Source: Eledone cirrhosa (lineage: Eukaryota). From it: DNA of 64,000 bases. Made by a program: the position numbers and the translations under genes. Within the stretch, counting starts at the first letter, position 1; every line of letters begins with the position of its first letter. Below, in pieces: positions 43,809 to 57,500 of this stretch. Location: contig OZ024760.1 in NCBI GenBank assembly GCA_964016885.1, positions 4,712,001 to 4,776,000 of the forward strand, given 5' to 3'. The notes beneath the pieces were generated by a model that was not told where the DNA came from, made no database searches, and saw only the letters and a list, made by a program, of their open reading frames with translations.

Positions 43809-46149
43809 TATATGTATATACTAATAATATATATAATATATAGAAGCTTCTGGGTGTTGCCCTTGTTGGGTGCCTTCTGTGCCCAGGTTCTGGTGACAGC
43901 GTTGTCTGTCACTCTAGTGTGTATTGAATGTATTTCTAATTGTCAGCCTCTGTATTATCCACTGCATTATTACATGTAAGCCTCTACCACCTCTTACGAC
44001 AGCTTCACTGTAAATTGGACTTCATTTTCCTCTTTTTCTACTATTTTTTTTCTCCTTTCTTTCTCACACTCTCACTAAAGTAATTCCATTAAATACCATA
44101 CTCTGAGTTGGGTCTTTTTTTAATCTTTTTCATGTCTAATATTTGATGTACTAGGATTTTTTCAGCGCTGATGCGTATGTGCATATGCATACATTTATAT
44201 GTATGAGTATATAAATATAAACACGCAAACACAGACACACAAACATACACATACGCTCACACACAGCATAGGAAATGAAACGCCAGCCAATGTTTTGCTA
44301 TAGATTTTTCACCATCCCCTTCCTTCCTTTTACACACACACACACACAGATTGTGTAATGGACAAGCGGAACTCGCTCAAATTTATATATAATGGAGGAT
44401 ATCCAGCTGTAGGAGACTTGCAAAATTTATAGTTGAAGGGACTGTTCAATTGTGTCATAGACATGACAGCATCCTTCTTACACTGCTGTAAATGGTTAGT
44501 AATAGCACATCCAGCTGCAGAAAACCTGCCAAACAGTCGGGGAAAACTATTCAGTTAAGCCAAAGACGAGAGAACTTCACTAGTGTTGGTGCCATGATAA
44601 AATGCACACAGTAGAGTGAGAGCTTGTAAATTTGGCTCCTTGGTGGTGACGGGCTTTACTTGAATACTAGCCTGTTTGTGACTACGTGTCCAACCTTTGC
44701 TAGCCGGAAAAACAGACATTAACGCCTTATCGTTCACATTAGTCTATATTTACTATTGTATTTTCACAGAAAATGCTTTACCTCACATAATATCGAATCT
44801 ATGAGATTTTGATATTTATTTTGAGAATAATACCTTAAAGTCACTAGGAGGGGCCAGTTGTGACCGTTTTGAACAGAAAGAGGAGAGAATTCTGGTTGAA
44901 CACGGCCGGTCTGAATGCCAAAAGGTTAAATGATGAAACAAGAAAATTACATTTTTGACAACCATATGATATAACCTCGCACCAACATAGTTCATCTTGC
45001 ATTTATAATATAATCTTTATTCTCTATGAAATGGTAACCCTAACTTAAGTCAGCAATGATGGGATATGAACCACTATTAAATTGGCATGATTGAAACAGC
45101 CGAGAACTACATCTTTAAATAAATTTAGACCCATACAAATTTTTGAATGAAACATTTTTTTCATTGTCTCTGGGATACATCTTAGCCTCTATTCTATGTT
45201 GATGCAGCATAGGGAATTGCAATGTATATATTAATTCTTTAGCATTTACATTATCTAGACTTGTATTTTTGTGGTAAAGACTTTATCTTTTCACATAATA
45301 TCAAATCTACAAGATTTTGATATTATTTTGAGAACAATAACTTTGTTAGTATGGACAGCCAGTTTTAATAGAAAAGGGTGAGAGAATTCTAGCCGGTTTA
45401 AATGCTAAATGGTTAAATTTTGGGTATGTATGTACAGGTATACCTCACCCAACACCGTTAATTGGTTCCAGAAGTCAAGTCTTAGTTTGAAAAACGACGA
45501 ATGTCGCATTAACCCACTACCCCTATAAACCTCTAACAGGCATTGCTCAATGCTATGCTGTACAGTGTAATTTTGATATTTAGTGTTTTGTGGTTAAATA
45601 TTTTTGGCAGGCAGGACAACATGGTGTTAGATCTTTGATCACGACGATGGACCAGTGTTCTCTATACTTTCATGGCAGACATTTACCATTTCCAGCAACT
45701 TGGACGTCAAAAAAAATTGAAGGGAGATAACTATTAAAATTTAACTTGAAGGAGTGAGTTCCCTTGGCCAATCACCAACTAATTAGCTAGCCAAATAATT
45801 AGTCGGTACAGAAACGTTCAAGCTTCCTACTAGTTGATCAACCGTTCGACCAGGCAGCCAGTACACAAAATGTTCAACCAACCATCCAGCCGATAATTTT
45901 ACCTCATGCTAGAAATATTACAATTTAACATACGTCAGAGTTATTATGCAATCACTTTGATGTCTTTAAAATGCGCACAACAGGATTATATAATAATCAG
46001 GATATATACATAACACCGTCTCTCTTTATAATATTGACAATCCCTTAAGGGACTCGCCTCGTGGAGTGCTTGCATCTGTTTACACTCTAGTCGGTCGATT
46101 AACTGATCAACTGACGTTCTTTTATTTGAATAATACATACTCATATATA

Positions 46150-46188
<39 letters not shown>

Positions 46189-46540
46189 GCATACAAAATG
46201 TGTATATATGCGCGGGAACATAGAAATAATCGGGCTGGATACCCGATCCCGCAGTTAAACCACTGGGAATGAAGGACCCCTAGCCTTTGTCAGTGCATTC
46301 TTCTAGGAGAAGGAAACTGGGTTAACTCCGACATAAAACCTGCGGCTCAGTAGTTACCGATGATGTTGATATTTTCTTCTTTTCGGGTTATAGCTACTGT
46401 CGCTCAGAGAGTGGGATTGGCTCAGTGCACAGTTTTTCCTCACTTAAAAAAAATCTTCACGCACAAGCATTGCACGATAGAATTAATTATTAATACTAAA
46501 CTAGAGGCAGAGTTAGAGTATAACAAACACATATATATTG

Positions 46541-46805
46541 TGAAGGCGCGTGGCTGAGTGGTTAGAGAATTGGATTCGCAATCGTGACGTTGTGAGTTTG
46601 ATTCCTGGATCGGGCGATGCGTTATGTCCTTGAGCAAGACACTTTATTTCACGTTGCTCCTTTTATCTGGAGTTGCGACCGATAGTTAGTATTAGCAATT
46701 GGAAAGACCAATGGAAACATTGTTTCCTCGGTCCGATTTGACGAAAGTCGATCGACCGACTATATCGTGCAATGGCCATACTCGATAACGAGGGGGACAA
46801 CCATC
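46541..46805 (+). mobile_element. tRNA-derived CORE-like SINE, variant body
   Basis: A/B boxes plus CCTTGAGCAAGACAC. Inverted copy at 3915-4130. Other variants at 47246-47580, 22735-22950, 39470-39590, 56250-56460 and 58825-59090. Confidence 0.8.
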
Positions 46806-47591
46806 ATATATATATATATATATATATAATATTTCCGTCCATTGTGTCAATGACAACAAAAATCACCCAGTCCACACTGTAAAAGCGGTTGGTGTTAGGA
46901 AGGGCATCCAGCCGTAGAAAACCTGCCAGAGACACGGACTCCCAACCAATCCCGCATCAAATGGAACAAAACCGTCTAACCCATGCTAGCGTGGAAGATG
47001 GACGTTAAATGATGATGTATACAAAATCTCTCTAGTATTGGTGATCTACACGATAAATGCACTCAGTACATGCTGTAAATTGGTTGATGATAGGAAGGGC
47101 ATCCAACCAAACAAAGGGTACAGAGGACTCTCTAGTTGTGTCAAGAGACACAACTTCTCTTCACAACGTCCAACCCTTGCTAGCAGGGGCGTTAAATGAT
47201 TATGATGAGTATAATGTATATAGTTTTATGAATATATAGGTATTGTGAAGGGGCATAGCTTAGTGTTTAGAGCGTTGAGCTTGCAATCGTGAGATTGTGA
47301 GTTGGATTCCCGGACTGGGTGAGGCGTTGTGTCCTTGAGCAAGACACTTTATTTCACGTTTCTCCAGTTTACTCAGCTGTAGAAATGAGTTGAGACGTCA
47401 CCGGTGCCGCACTGTATGGACCTTTGCCTTTGACAACATCGATGGCATGGAGAAGGGATACCAATATGCATGGGAGACTGTTGTTCTTCCACAAACAATC
47501 TTACCCCGACATGTGCCTTGGAGGGGAACTTTCTAGGTGCAAATCTCGTGGTCATTCGTGACCGAAGGTGGGGATACCCTTTATATGTATA

Positions 47592-47979
47592 CAGGGTGGG
47601 TGAAAAGAAATACCGTATTTAAAATTATTAATAACTTTATTAATTATTGATCGATTTTCATAAAACATGTTTTATTTTGAAAAGTATAATGGTAGAAATG
47701 CAGTACAGTGTTAACATCTTACATGGGCACCAGAGTTTGCAGTTGTCTAGATATATCCTCAGGCGTCTCATGGCGTTGAGTCAGCGCCCCTTGCTGGCCA
47801 TTAATGTGGACCCCAACGTCCTGGAAATTGGACATCAAACCACTCACAGGCAGTGCGTGCCAAATGAGGAGGGCCCCCGTCTTGTATGAATATAAGGTCA
47901 TTGATGTTGTCTCAAGTGGCTACAGAAGGCCAAAAGTTATCAGTAATTTTCAGTAGGGAGTTTCTTTCCATCCACTCAG
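47592..47979. mobile_element. Tc1/mariner deletion derivative
   Basis: TA-CAGGGTGGGTGAAAAGAAA...TTTCTTTCCATCCACTCAG-TA imperfect TIRs. Confidence 0.55.
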
Positions 47980-48041
47980 TAAATATATTCGATTGGTATC
48001 TACTATACTGCGGTTACAACTTCGATTTATACCTATCCTAT

Positions 48042-48274
48042 TATATATATATACACACATATATTTAATTAGAAAGTCAACAACACAAAATATAACTACT
48101 CCATTACCAAAGGTTTCTGGATCACAGACGATAATAATATACGTTTGGATCATTCGTCAGACACGATCCAAACGTATATTATTATCGTCCGTGATCCAGA
48201 AACCTTTGGTAATGGAGTAGTTATATTTTGTGTTGTTGACTTTCTAATTAAATATATGTGTGTATATATATATA
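48042..48274. repeat. Inverted repeat, 110-bp arms with 1 mismatch, 13-nt loop
   Basis: Loop 48152-48164 ATTCGTCAGACAC; (TA)n at both outer ends. Confidence 0.95.
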
Positions 48275-48275
48275 T

Positions 48276-48330
<55 letters not shown>

Positions 48331-48626
48331 GGAAAACGAAGAATCAGTGATGCATCGGAACACAATTTATTACGTTATCCATATTATCATACTGTGCTCC
48401 GAAGGAGCATAGAGTGCTCAACCGGCATACCGCCTATGGACGCATCCAAGCAACCTTACTACAAATATATATAAAGAATAAGAAACACCAAAGTGTCGAT
48501 ATGTATAACGACTCTTTGGTGTTTCTTATTCTTTATATACCAGCTCTGTATGAACCCTATTGCATTGAGTTTTAACCTGGTTAAGTCTATACCCTATAAT
48601 AGCAATACTATTATTGCTATTAAAGT

Positions 48627-48657
<31 letters not shown>

Positions 48658-48724
48658 TATATATACATATATTGTTGAGTAAAATGACAAGAGGTCGGAC
48701 TGGTGAAATTCCTTCAAAGATTTA

Positions 48725-48803
48725 TTATAGCAAACACTATGTACATTTCAGTGACCAACTTCCGTAAGATCCTGGTGACATCATCAGTTGGTTATTGCAT
48801 AAA
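48725..48803 (-). ncRNA. Type-I hammerhead ribozyme motif with weak stem I
   Basis: Minus strand: CTGATGA-t-GTcACCA...TGGTcAC-t-GAAA-TGTACATA^, with palindromic stem III ATGTACAT, followed by AATAAA and a short tail ending in (TA)n. Confidence 0.5.
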
Positions 48804-49045
48804 AGTTATATAATAAAGGAATAATGGTAAACATAACCCAAGAGGCTAAAAAACAGAGAAAAATGTTTATGACTCGAAGGCGGTCAGGGCCAGCTGTTGG
48901 CAGTTTGGCTGACCACCTATATATATATATAAATAGGTGATCGCTGGTTAGGTGGATAAGGATCTGGAAAAGTCGTCAACTTCATGGGTGGTATATTGAT
49001 AGTCTGGGACCGGGAAGTACTCGACTCATGGTGTGATGCATATAT

Positions 49046-49095
<50 letters not shown>

Positions 49096-49319
49096 TAACG
49101 TGTCTGTCTGCCAGTTCGCTGGCTAAATTGTGTTTTCTGAATCTCAATAAATTTACTTTAAAATAAACAACTGAGTTACCGTTCTTTGTAATTATTTCCC
49201 TTACATTCCCTGGCTCCTCACTTTTTCTCTCTTATATTACTGTAACACTTATTCTTTCACTCTCTCTGTTACTGTCTATCTTTCACTTTTTTACTTTCAC
49301 ATGACACTAACCTAGCAAA

Positions 49320-49900
49320 ATGGCGCCTCCATTGACACCTCCCCCTGTTGCTGGGAGCAGTTGTCCGGTACCAGACACTAACCAGCAACTGACCTGCACG
49401 GTAAATATCGATTCTTTTCTTTCCTAGAACAATTTCTTTTATCTTCTTTCTGTTAATGACCATGTTTCACCTCTGACTGTAGTATATATAAATGTAAACA
49501 CTAGGGTATCTATGTATATGTATATATATCTATATCTGAAACATACACAGCGATCATACGAAATCACGCTGTCTATTGACTGATATAATACAACAATGGT
49601 TCCACACCCGTAGGCATTTCCTGCTTTTATTTTACCTTGTTAGGCCGCAATAGAACTAGAAAACTGAGAGTGGTTTTGTCTTTTGTATTTGCAAGACTCC
49701 TTTTGCAGTCCATTTTTCGTTTCGTTCAACTTTTTTATTCAGCGTCCATTCATCTTACTTTCTGTTTGTGTAGTGTAACGTAGCGATTTCATGGAATACT
49801 TCCTGAAGATCCACCCACTATCTTGTTTGCTGTATTTACATTGTCCTTTGTTATTTGACATAATTGTATAACTCACACACACACACACACACGTACGCAC

Positions 49901-49944
<44 letters not shown>

Positions 49945-50546
49945 TGGCTGCCAACTCGTTTTCGAGTACGGCCACTACTTTATATCCATGTAGGAGAACC
50001 CCTACCGATGGGCTGAACTAGTGTGACTTTTTAGTCCAGCCAGCGACTTGAAAACTCTGGTACAAACACTACACTTGTGACAATTATTGACACACAGTGC
50101 TGGGCCCATAGCACCATGTGAGGACAAGTGCAGAGAGATCTCCAGATATAAAGCAATGCCTGTGCCGTGAAGCTTTTATAGTGAGCAAAGGCACTGCACA
50201 AAGCCAGTCCCACTCTCTTAACCAAGATGATATTTACCAAAAAGAAGAACAAGTCAACATCATTGGATACCATCAGGGTTGCAGGTGTTATATCAGAGTT
50301 TCCTTCTAGAATTCTGCCTTGACAAAGGCTAAGGGGTCATCTCTCCCGGTGATTTTGGATGGCCATTGACTCTTAAGAGCTCCTTTGCCCTTTGACAGGT
50401 TTTGTTTTTAGTCCTGCAGGATGTCCAAAGTCACCCTCCTCACCAAGAAACCTTGGTGGGGTTGCCAGTTTAGTCGCCAACGACCCGACCATGAGACAGG
50501 TTGTACTGGGATACATGTTACCAGTAGCACCAACTGGTGACCTGAC

Positions 50547-50583
<37 letters not shown>

Positions 50584-50857
50584 GAATAATCGAGTATCGA
50601 AAAATCGGCGCACGAGTTCACGATAAACAAAATTCGATATATATATATATATATATAATATTAATAAACGAAAGATATATACTTTATATCATCTCTATTT
50701 ATTTCATTATATATATTTCGAAGATGTAAAGTTTTATGTATAACATAACGCAAAACATACCCTCTTCAGACAAAAGACGTAGAAGATATATCATTTTTTC
50801 ATGATATGCTGGTAGATAAACGAGCTGGACAGATCGGTGACCACCAAGCACATACAT

Positions 50858-50907
<50 letters not shown>

Positions 50908-51312
50908 CTGCTATATCAAACGTTAACCTAATATATACCTTCCATATACTGTACCGATTGTGTTGTTATTTCTGTTTACCTTTTACATACATATATATAT
51001 ATACACACAATGTCAGAGAAAACATATATATTTAAACATAAGCATAGATACATATACGACTGTAGCCCACCTTCAGCGATGTGGCTCTATGAATGAATGA
51101 ACGAAATAAATAATCATTAATCAGAGCTATATAAAATCATAAGTTTGAAGAACAGACATAAAATTTACCTAATTTTTCTTCTTAGTCCGGAGAAATTAAC
51201 CAAATAAATAATCAATTAAACGGAGCTAAGTTTAAAATGTAAGTTTGAAGAAATAATAGATATATGTTTACCGATATCGGTAAACATTTATCAATCATTT
51301 CTTCAAACTTAC

Positions 51313-51353
<41 letters not shown>

Positions 51354-51441
51354 TTACACACACGCACACATTTGTAACCAGTATTAAGCAACATATCTCT
51401 TATATAAAATCTCCACTTTGCTCTTGTATATATATATATAA

Positions 51442-51510
<69 letters not shown>

Positions 51511-54500
51511 CGCTTTTGTATTTGTGTTTATATGTATGTGGCTACGTGGTTGTGACTACCTGTTGTTGCGTAAATATAAAGCGAGAAATACGACCTTTAT
51601 TCTTTCTGCCCCTCGCACCAGCTTTTACAAACAAATTTTGTTGTAATGTACAACCGCTGGATGTGTGTGCCTCGTCGAATGCCATAGAGGAAAGGCATAC
51701 ACCTCACGACTTCCCGTTTCCCTACTCCCAATTTATATTTATATATATCAGTCATATTGTAATATTTCTTCGTTGTTTTTGTGACTTGCCATTTATCCCA
51801 CTACCAAGATCGATAACATACTTTCCAGTTATGCTGTTGTTATTATTGTTGTTTACTCCCCAGATCAGCTCTAATTGAGTAGACAGATTTATAATGAAAG
51901 TCTTTCGTGCTATAACTATCTCTCTTTCTTGTATGATATTCCTAGCAGGTCAAATGACTGCGTAGACGCTTCAACGTTGGTTATAAAGCCCTAATATCTG
52001 ATATAAATTGGTAGTTGATACTTCAATAAGAATGTTTATCACTCTTTCATCCCTAAGGTGTCAATAAAATAAAGTAATGCACTGGGGTCGATTTAATCGA
52101 CTTTCTCCTCCCTCAAATTGTTGGCTTTGTGCCTAAATCAGAAACCATTATTAAGACGGTGGGTTAGCAGAATCGGTAGAGGGTCGGATAAAAGCTTTGT
52201 TCTGTGTTCAAATCTTGCCGAGGTCAATTTGGCCTTTCATCCACGCATCGTCATTCACACACGTTAACATTGCACAGCCATTGGAGCATGTTCACTTCAT
52301 TTCTCTCCAGTCTTTGCATATCCTCTGCAGACCTCACGATTTTGAATAAATATAAACCTGCTAAACAAAGGGTTGGAAAAACTCTTCATATATACCAAGA
52401 ACATGACAACATGCCTAGTGTTGGTGCCACAATAAAATGCATTCTGTAGATCACAGAGTTGTATGGTGTGTCCCTGACCTAGCTGGAAATCAGAGAAGGT
52501 TCCATTTGTCTAACATGGACATTGCATCCTTCAAAACTTCCATGCTAATGAAATTCGCTAACACTACACCTGATATTCCCCCTCCGTACACACGCACGCA
52601 TGTATCTGTGTGTATATCATGACTCATACACTGTGCACTTTCCTGACATTTGTACATTATTCTATGTAGTATACATGCACCTTTGATGAGTTGTAGTGCA
52701 CCTGAGCACTGTACACAATAATTTTCGTTTCATTTCATTTAATTATTGAAAGGCTGTGTTGGTACAATATACTTTGCAGTGTTTAGTTAAGTCTCCTTAT
52801 GTTTTCAGCTCAAATCAGGCCAAGATTGACTTAATTTTTCATCTTTCTAGTCATCACCGTCCTTAACCCTTGCCTGTTTATTATTGCCCTATGATAAACA
52901 AAACTCAGTCACATGTTTCTCCCTTTGGTCTTTCTTGCAGAACAATGATTCTAGTGCTGGTCCAAAGGTGTGGGAGCGTCCCTGGACTATTGAGGAGATC
53001 AAGGCTGCTGCTGGGAAGTGGTCACTGGCTGGAGATGCTGGTGTAAGATAACATTTTATAGCAGCTCTGTTTTTCATAAGTTTTATCTTTTGTTTTGGCG
53101 ATTTGTGTGTAACGTGTGTGTGTGTATGTGTATATATGTACAGTGTGTGTCTGTATATTGTACAATGTGTGTGTGTATATGTACAATGTGTGTGTGTATA
53201 TATTGTACAATGTGTGTGTATGTGTATAATGTATATTCTCAAATCCCCCTAAATAGGGTGGAGGGGTTGGAATAAGTGGGGGGTGGGGAATAAGCAGGAA
53301 GGTTGGAAAATTGGTAAATTTTCTAGGTTGGGTTGGACAAGTCAATGTATGTGTGTCAGAGAGCGAGAGAGAGTGTGTGTGTCAAAGAGAGAGTGTGTCA
53401 TGGAGAGTGTGTGTATGTGTGTGTCAGTGAGAGAGAGAGAGAGTGTGTCATGGAGAGTGTGTGTATGTGTGTGTCAGTGAGAGAGAGAGAGAGTGTCAGG
53501 GAGAGTGTGTGTATGTGTGTGTCAGAGAGAGAAAGTGTGTGTGTGTGTGTGTGTGTGAAAACAGATAATTCTTATTACTGACCTCTGTGTGTGTGTGCCT
53601 GTTATCAGATAATACTTGTTGCTGATGTTGTGTAGGTATGTATGTGTGTGTAATTAGATAATACATATTACTGATGTGTGTATGTGTGTGTGTGTGTAAT
53701 TAACTTATTCCAAGTGTGTGTAATTAGATAATACTTATTACTGATGTGTGTGTGTAATTAATACTTATTACTGATGTGTGTAATTAGATAATTGTTTCTA
53801 CTTTTGGCAATTACCCCAGTGCATTACTGGTACTTCATTTTATCGATTCCGTAAGGATGAAGGGCAAAGTTAATCTCGGCGGGATTTGAACTCAGACCGT
53901 AAAGTGCTGGATGAAAATAGTTAACAGAATTCATTCCAGCTCTCTGCATTCTGAGTTCAAATCCCACCAAGATCAGCTTTGCTTTTTTATTCTTCTGTAA
54001 TTGACAAGTGACGTACCAGTCATGTAATGAGGTTAATTCTTCTTCTATTTCTCTTTCTCTTATATACACACTATACCTGTGAAGAAACTTCAGAAGTTTC
54101 CATCATCATCAACTCCACCAAGACCACCATCATCATCATCACCATCAACTCCACCAAGACCACCATCATCATCATCATCATCATCACCATCAACTCCACC
54201 AAGACCACCATCATCATCACCACTATCAACTCCATCATCATCATCACCACCATCAACTCCACCATCATCATCATCACCATCAACTCCACCAAGACCACTA
54301 TCATCATTATCACCACCATCAACTCCACCAAGACCATCATCATCATCATCACCATCAACTCCACCAAGACCACCACCATCATCATCACCATCAACTCCAC
54401 CAAAACCACCACCATCACCACTATCATCATCATCACCAACTCCACCAAGACCATCATCATCACCATCAACTCCACCAAAACCACCACCATCACCATCACC

Positions 54501-57500
54501 ACTATCATCATCATCACCTTCAACTCCAGCAAGACCACTATCATCATCATCATCACCATCAGCTCCACCAAAACTACCACCGCCATCATCATCATCAACT
54601 TCACCATCATCTCTCTCATCTCTCATCTCTTTCTCTCAACAGCTACTGCTTCATCTTCAGAACTTTTCCCAGACTATTTTATCAAGGACTCATGAAATTG
54701 AGAACCAAGTAAATAAGTTGGTTAACGAGACCAAGGTATGTTATTTAGAGATGTCTTTGTACCTACTCACTTACACTACCTGTGTGTACACACTGCTGTG
54801 TTATCGTAGATATGTATGGTACACATTACTGTGTTACTGTAGCTGTGTGTACACATTACTGTGTTACTGAATCTGTGTACACACTACTGTGTTACTGTAG
54901 CTGTGTGTACACACTACTGTGTTAATATATTTGTGTACACACTACTGTGTTAATGTATCTGTGTACACACTATAGTGTTAATATATGTGTGTACACATTA
55001 CTGTGTTAATGTAGCTGTGTGTACACATTACTGTGTTAATGTAGCTGTGTGTACACACTATAGTGTTAATGTATCTGTGTACACACTATAGTGTTAATGT
55101 ATCTGTGTACACACTATAGTGTTAATGTAGCTGTGTGTACACACTATAGTATTAATGTATCTGTGTACACACTATAGTGTTAATGTATCTGTGTACACAC
55201 TATAGTGTTAATGTAGCTGTGTGTACACACTATAGTGTTAATGTATCTGTGTACACACTATAGTGTTAATATATGTGTGTACACATTACTGTGTTAATGT
55301 AGCTGTGTGTACACACTATAGTGTTAATGTATCTGTGTACACACTATAGTGTTAATGTAGCTGTGTGTACACACTATAGTGTTAATGTATCTGTGTACAC
55401 ACTATAGTGTTAATATATGTGTGTACACATTACTGTGTTAATGTAGCTGTGTGTACACACTATAGTGTTAATGTATCTGTGTACACTAGTGTTAATGTAT
55501 CTGTGTACACACTAAAGTGTTAATGTATGTGTGTACACATTACTGTGTTAATGTAGCTGTGTGTACACACTATAGTGTTAATGTATCTGTGTACACACTA
55601 TAGTGTTAATATATGTGTGTACACATTACTGTGTTAATGTAGCTGTGTGTACACACTATAGTGTTAATGTATCTGTGTACACACTATAGTGTTAATATAT
55701 GTGTGTACACATTACTGTGTTAATGTAGCTGTGTGTACACACTATAGTGTTAATGTATCTGTGTGTACACATTACTGTGTTAATGTAGCTGTGTGTACAC
55801 ACTATAGTGTTAATGTATGTGTGTACACACTATAGTGTTAATGTAGCTGTGTGTACACACTATAGTGTTAATGTATCTGTGTACACACTATAGTGTTAAT
55901 ATATGTGTGTACACATTACTGTGTTAATGTAGCTGTGTGTACATACTATAGTGTTAATGTATCTGTGTACACACTATAGTGTTAATGTATGTGTGTACAC
56001 ATTACTGTGTTAATGTAGCTGTGTGTACACACTATAGTGTTAATGTATATGTGTACACACTATAGTGTTAATGTATCTGTGTACACACTATAGTGTTAAT
56101 GTATCTGTGTACACATTACTGTGTTAATGTAGCTGTGTGTACACACTATAGTGTTAGTGTATCTGTGTACACACTATAGTGTTAATATATGTGTGTACAC
56201 ATTACTGTGTTAATGTAGCTGTGTGTACACACTATAGTGTTAATGTATCTGTTGTGGGTTCGATTCCTGGGTTTCGTGTTGTATACTTGAGCAAAAACAC
56301 TTTATTTCTCGTTGCTCCAGTATACTCAGCTGAAAAAGGGTTTAATCCTGCAATGGACTGGTGCCCTGTCCAGGGGGAAGTTTTGTACTCCTAGTTGCTT
56401 CCCACCATGAAACTGGGATAAGCACTGTCTCAACGCACTGCTTGCAGTGCACGAGGGCATGTATGTTTGTTTGTTTATTCCAATAGGGGTATTTACCCCC
56501 CCCCCCCCACACACACACACACACTCATTAGTACACCTACACATGCACTAGTACACACACATCTAATGTAACCCTTCTTCTGTCTTTTAACTACAGGGTA
56601 CTGGAGTCAAAGTGAATAATGTCTTCAATGATTTCATCATGTTGGCCAACACACAGTTTGTAGAAAATGTAACTATTCCTTAACCTTTTAGTCTCTTTCT
56701 CAATCGCATCACCTCCTTCTTCTCCCTTTCCACCCCCTCCTCCTGCACATTACCCTCCTGTGCCTTCTCCTCCATTTTCAACTCCTCCTCCTGTACCTCC
56801 TCCTGAGAAAAGCATGATTCTTTTAACTCATAACATCCTGTATCCTTCCTTCTCATCTCATCCTCATATCCGAGGGTCGGGGTCATGGACTTAAGAGCCA
56901 GCACTCTCCATCTTTTCCTGTCTCTTGCCATTGCTGTATATTCTGCCAAACTCCTTCCTGTCCATTCCTTAATATCATCTGTCCATCTCATATTCTACCG
57001 TCACCTGGCCCTTTTCCCCTGTATTCATTCCTCAAAGATATGGGCAGTCAAATTTTGGGCTCTAATGACATGACCAAAATACTGAAATTTCCTTTTCCTT
57101 ACTGTTTCATCCAGTATAGCAAATGTTAATTTATATCAATTTAACAGAAAATGTCAATTCATATCACTGTCATCGTCATCATCGTTATTTTTACATTGAC
57201 TTTTCTATGATGGCATAGGTTGGATGGGACTTTTTGAGGCAATGCTTTATAGTCGGATGCTCTTTCTGACATTAGCCCTTTTAGTCACTTCTTACAACTC
57301 CCAGGGATACACTGCATCAATTCTAAACTGGTGTACACTCTAAATATTTATACATGTTTATAGTGCCTAACCTAATGCACAACTAGATTGATTGATCAAA
57401 TTGATTAACAAAATCCCAGACCTCATTTGCTTACCATCATATCAGACCAAGGAAACAATACCTAGATCATCATCATCCAGTTTTTGATTATGCAGGACAC

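Noticed and set aside
50440-50548. HDV-like ribozyme at a putative RTE 5' UTR (minus strand)
   Set aside because: P3/L3- and CTAA-like pieces exist, but I could not find a P1 partner or a contiguous P2.
54027-54695. Ile/Thr-, Met/Val- and Asp/Gly-rich ORFs, one with a signal-peptide-like start
   Set aside because: All are frames of the same CAT/CAC repeat within WASHC2 intron 2.
54775-56250. CRISPR-like periodicity
   Set aside because: No unique spacers; eukaryotic tandem repeat.
56676-56848. U12-like branch site TTCCTTAAC..TAG and GTATCCTT near WASHC2 exon 4
   Set aside because: Wrong order for an intron, no partner U12 sites, and normal U2 splicing already gives the conserved protein.
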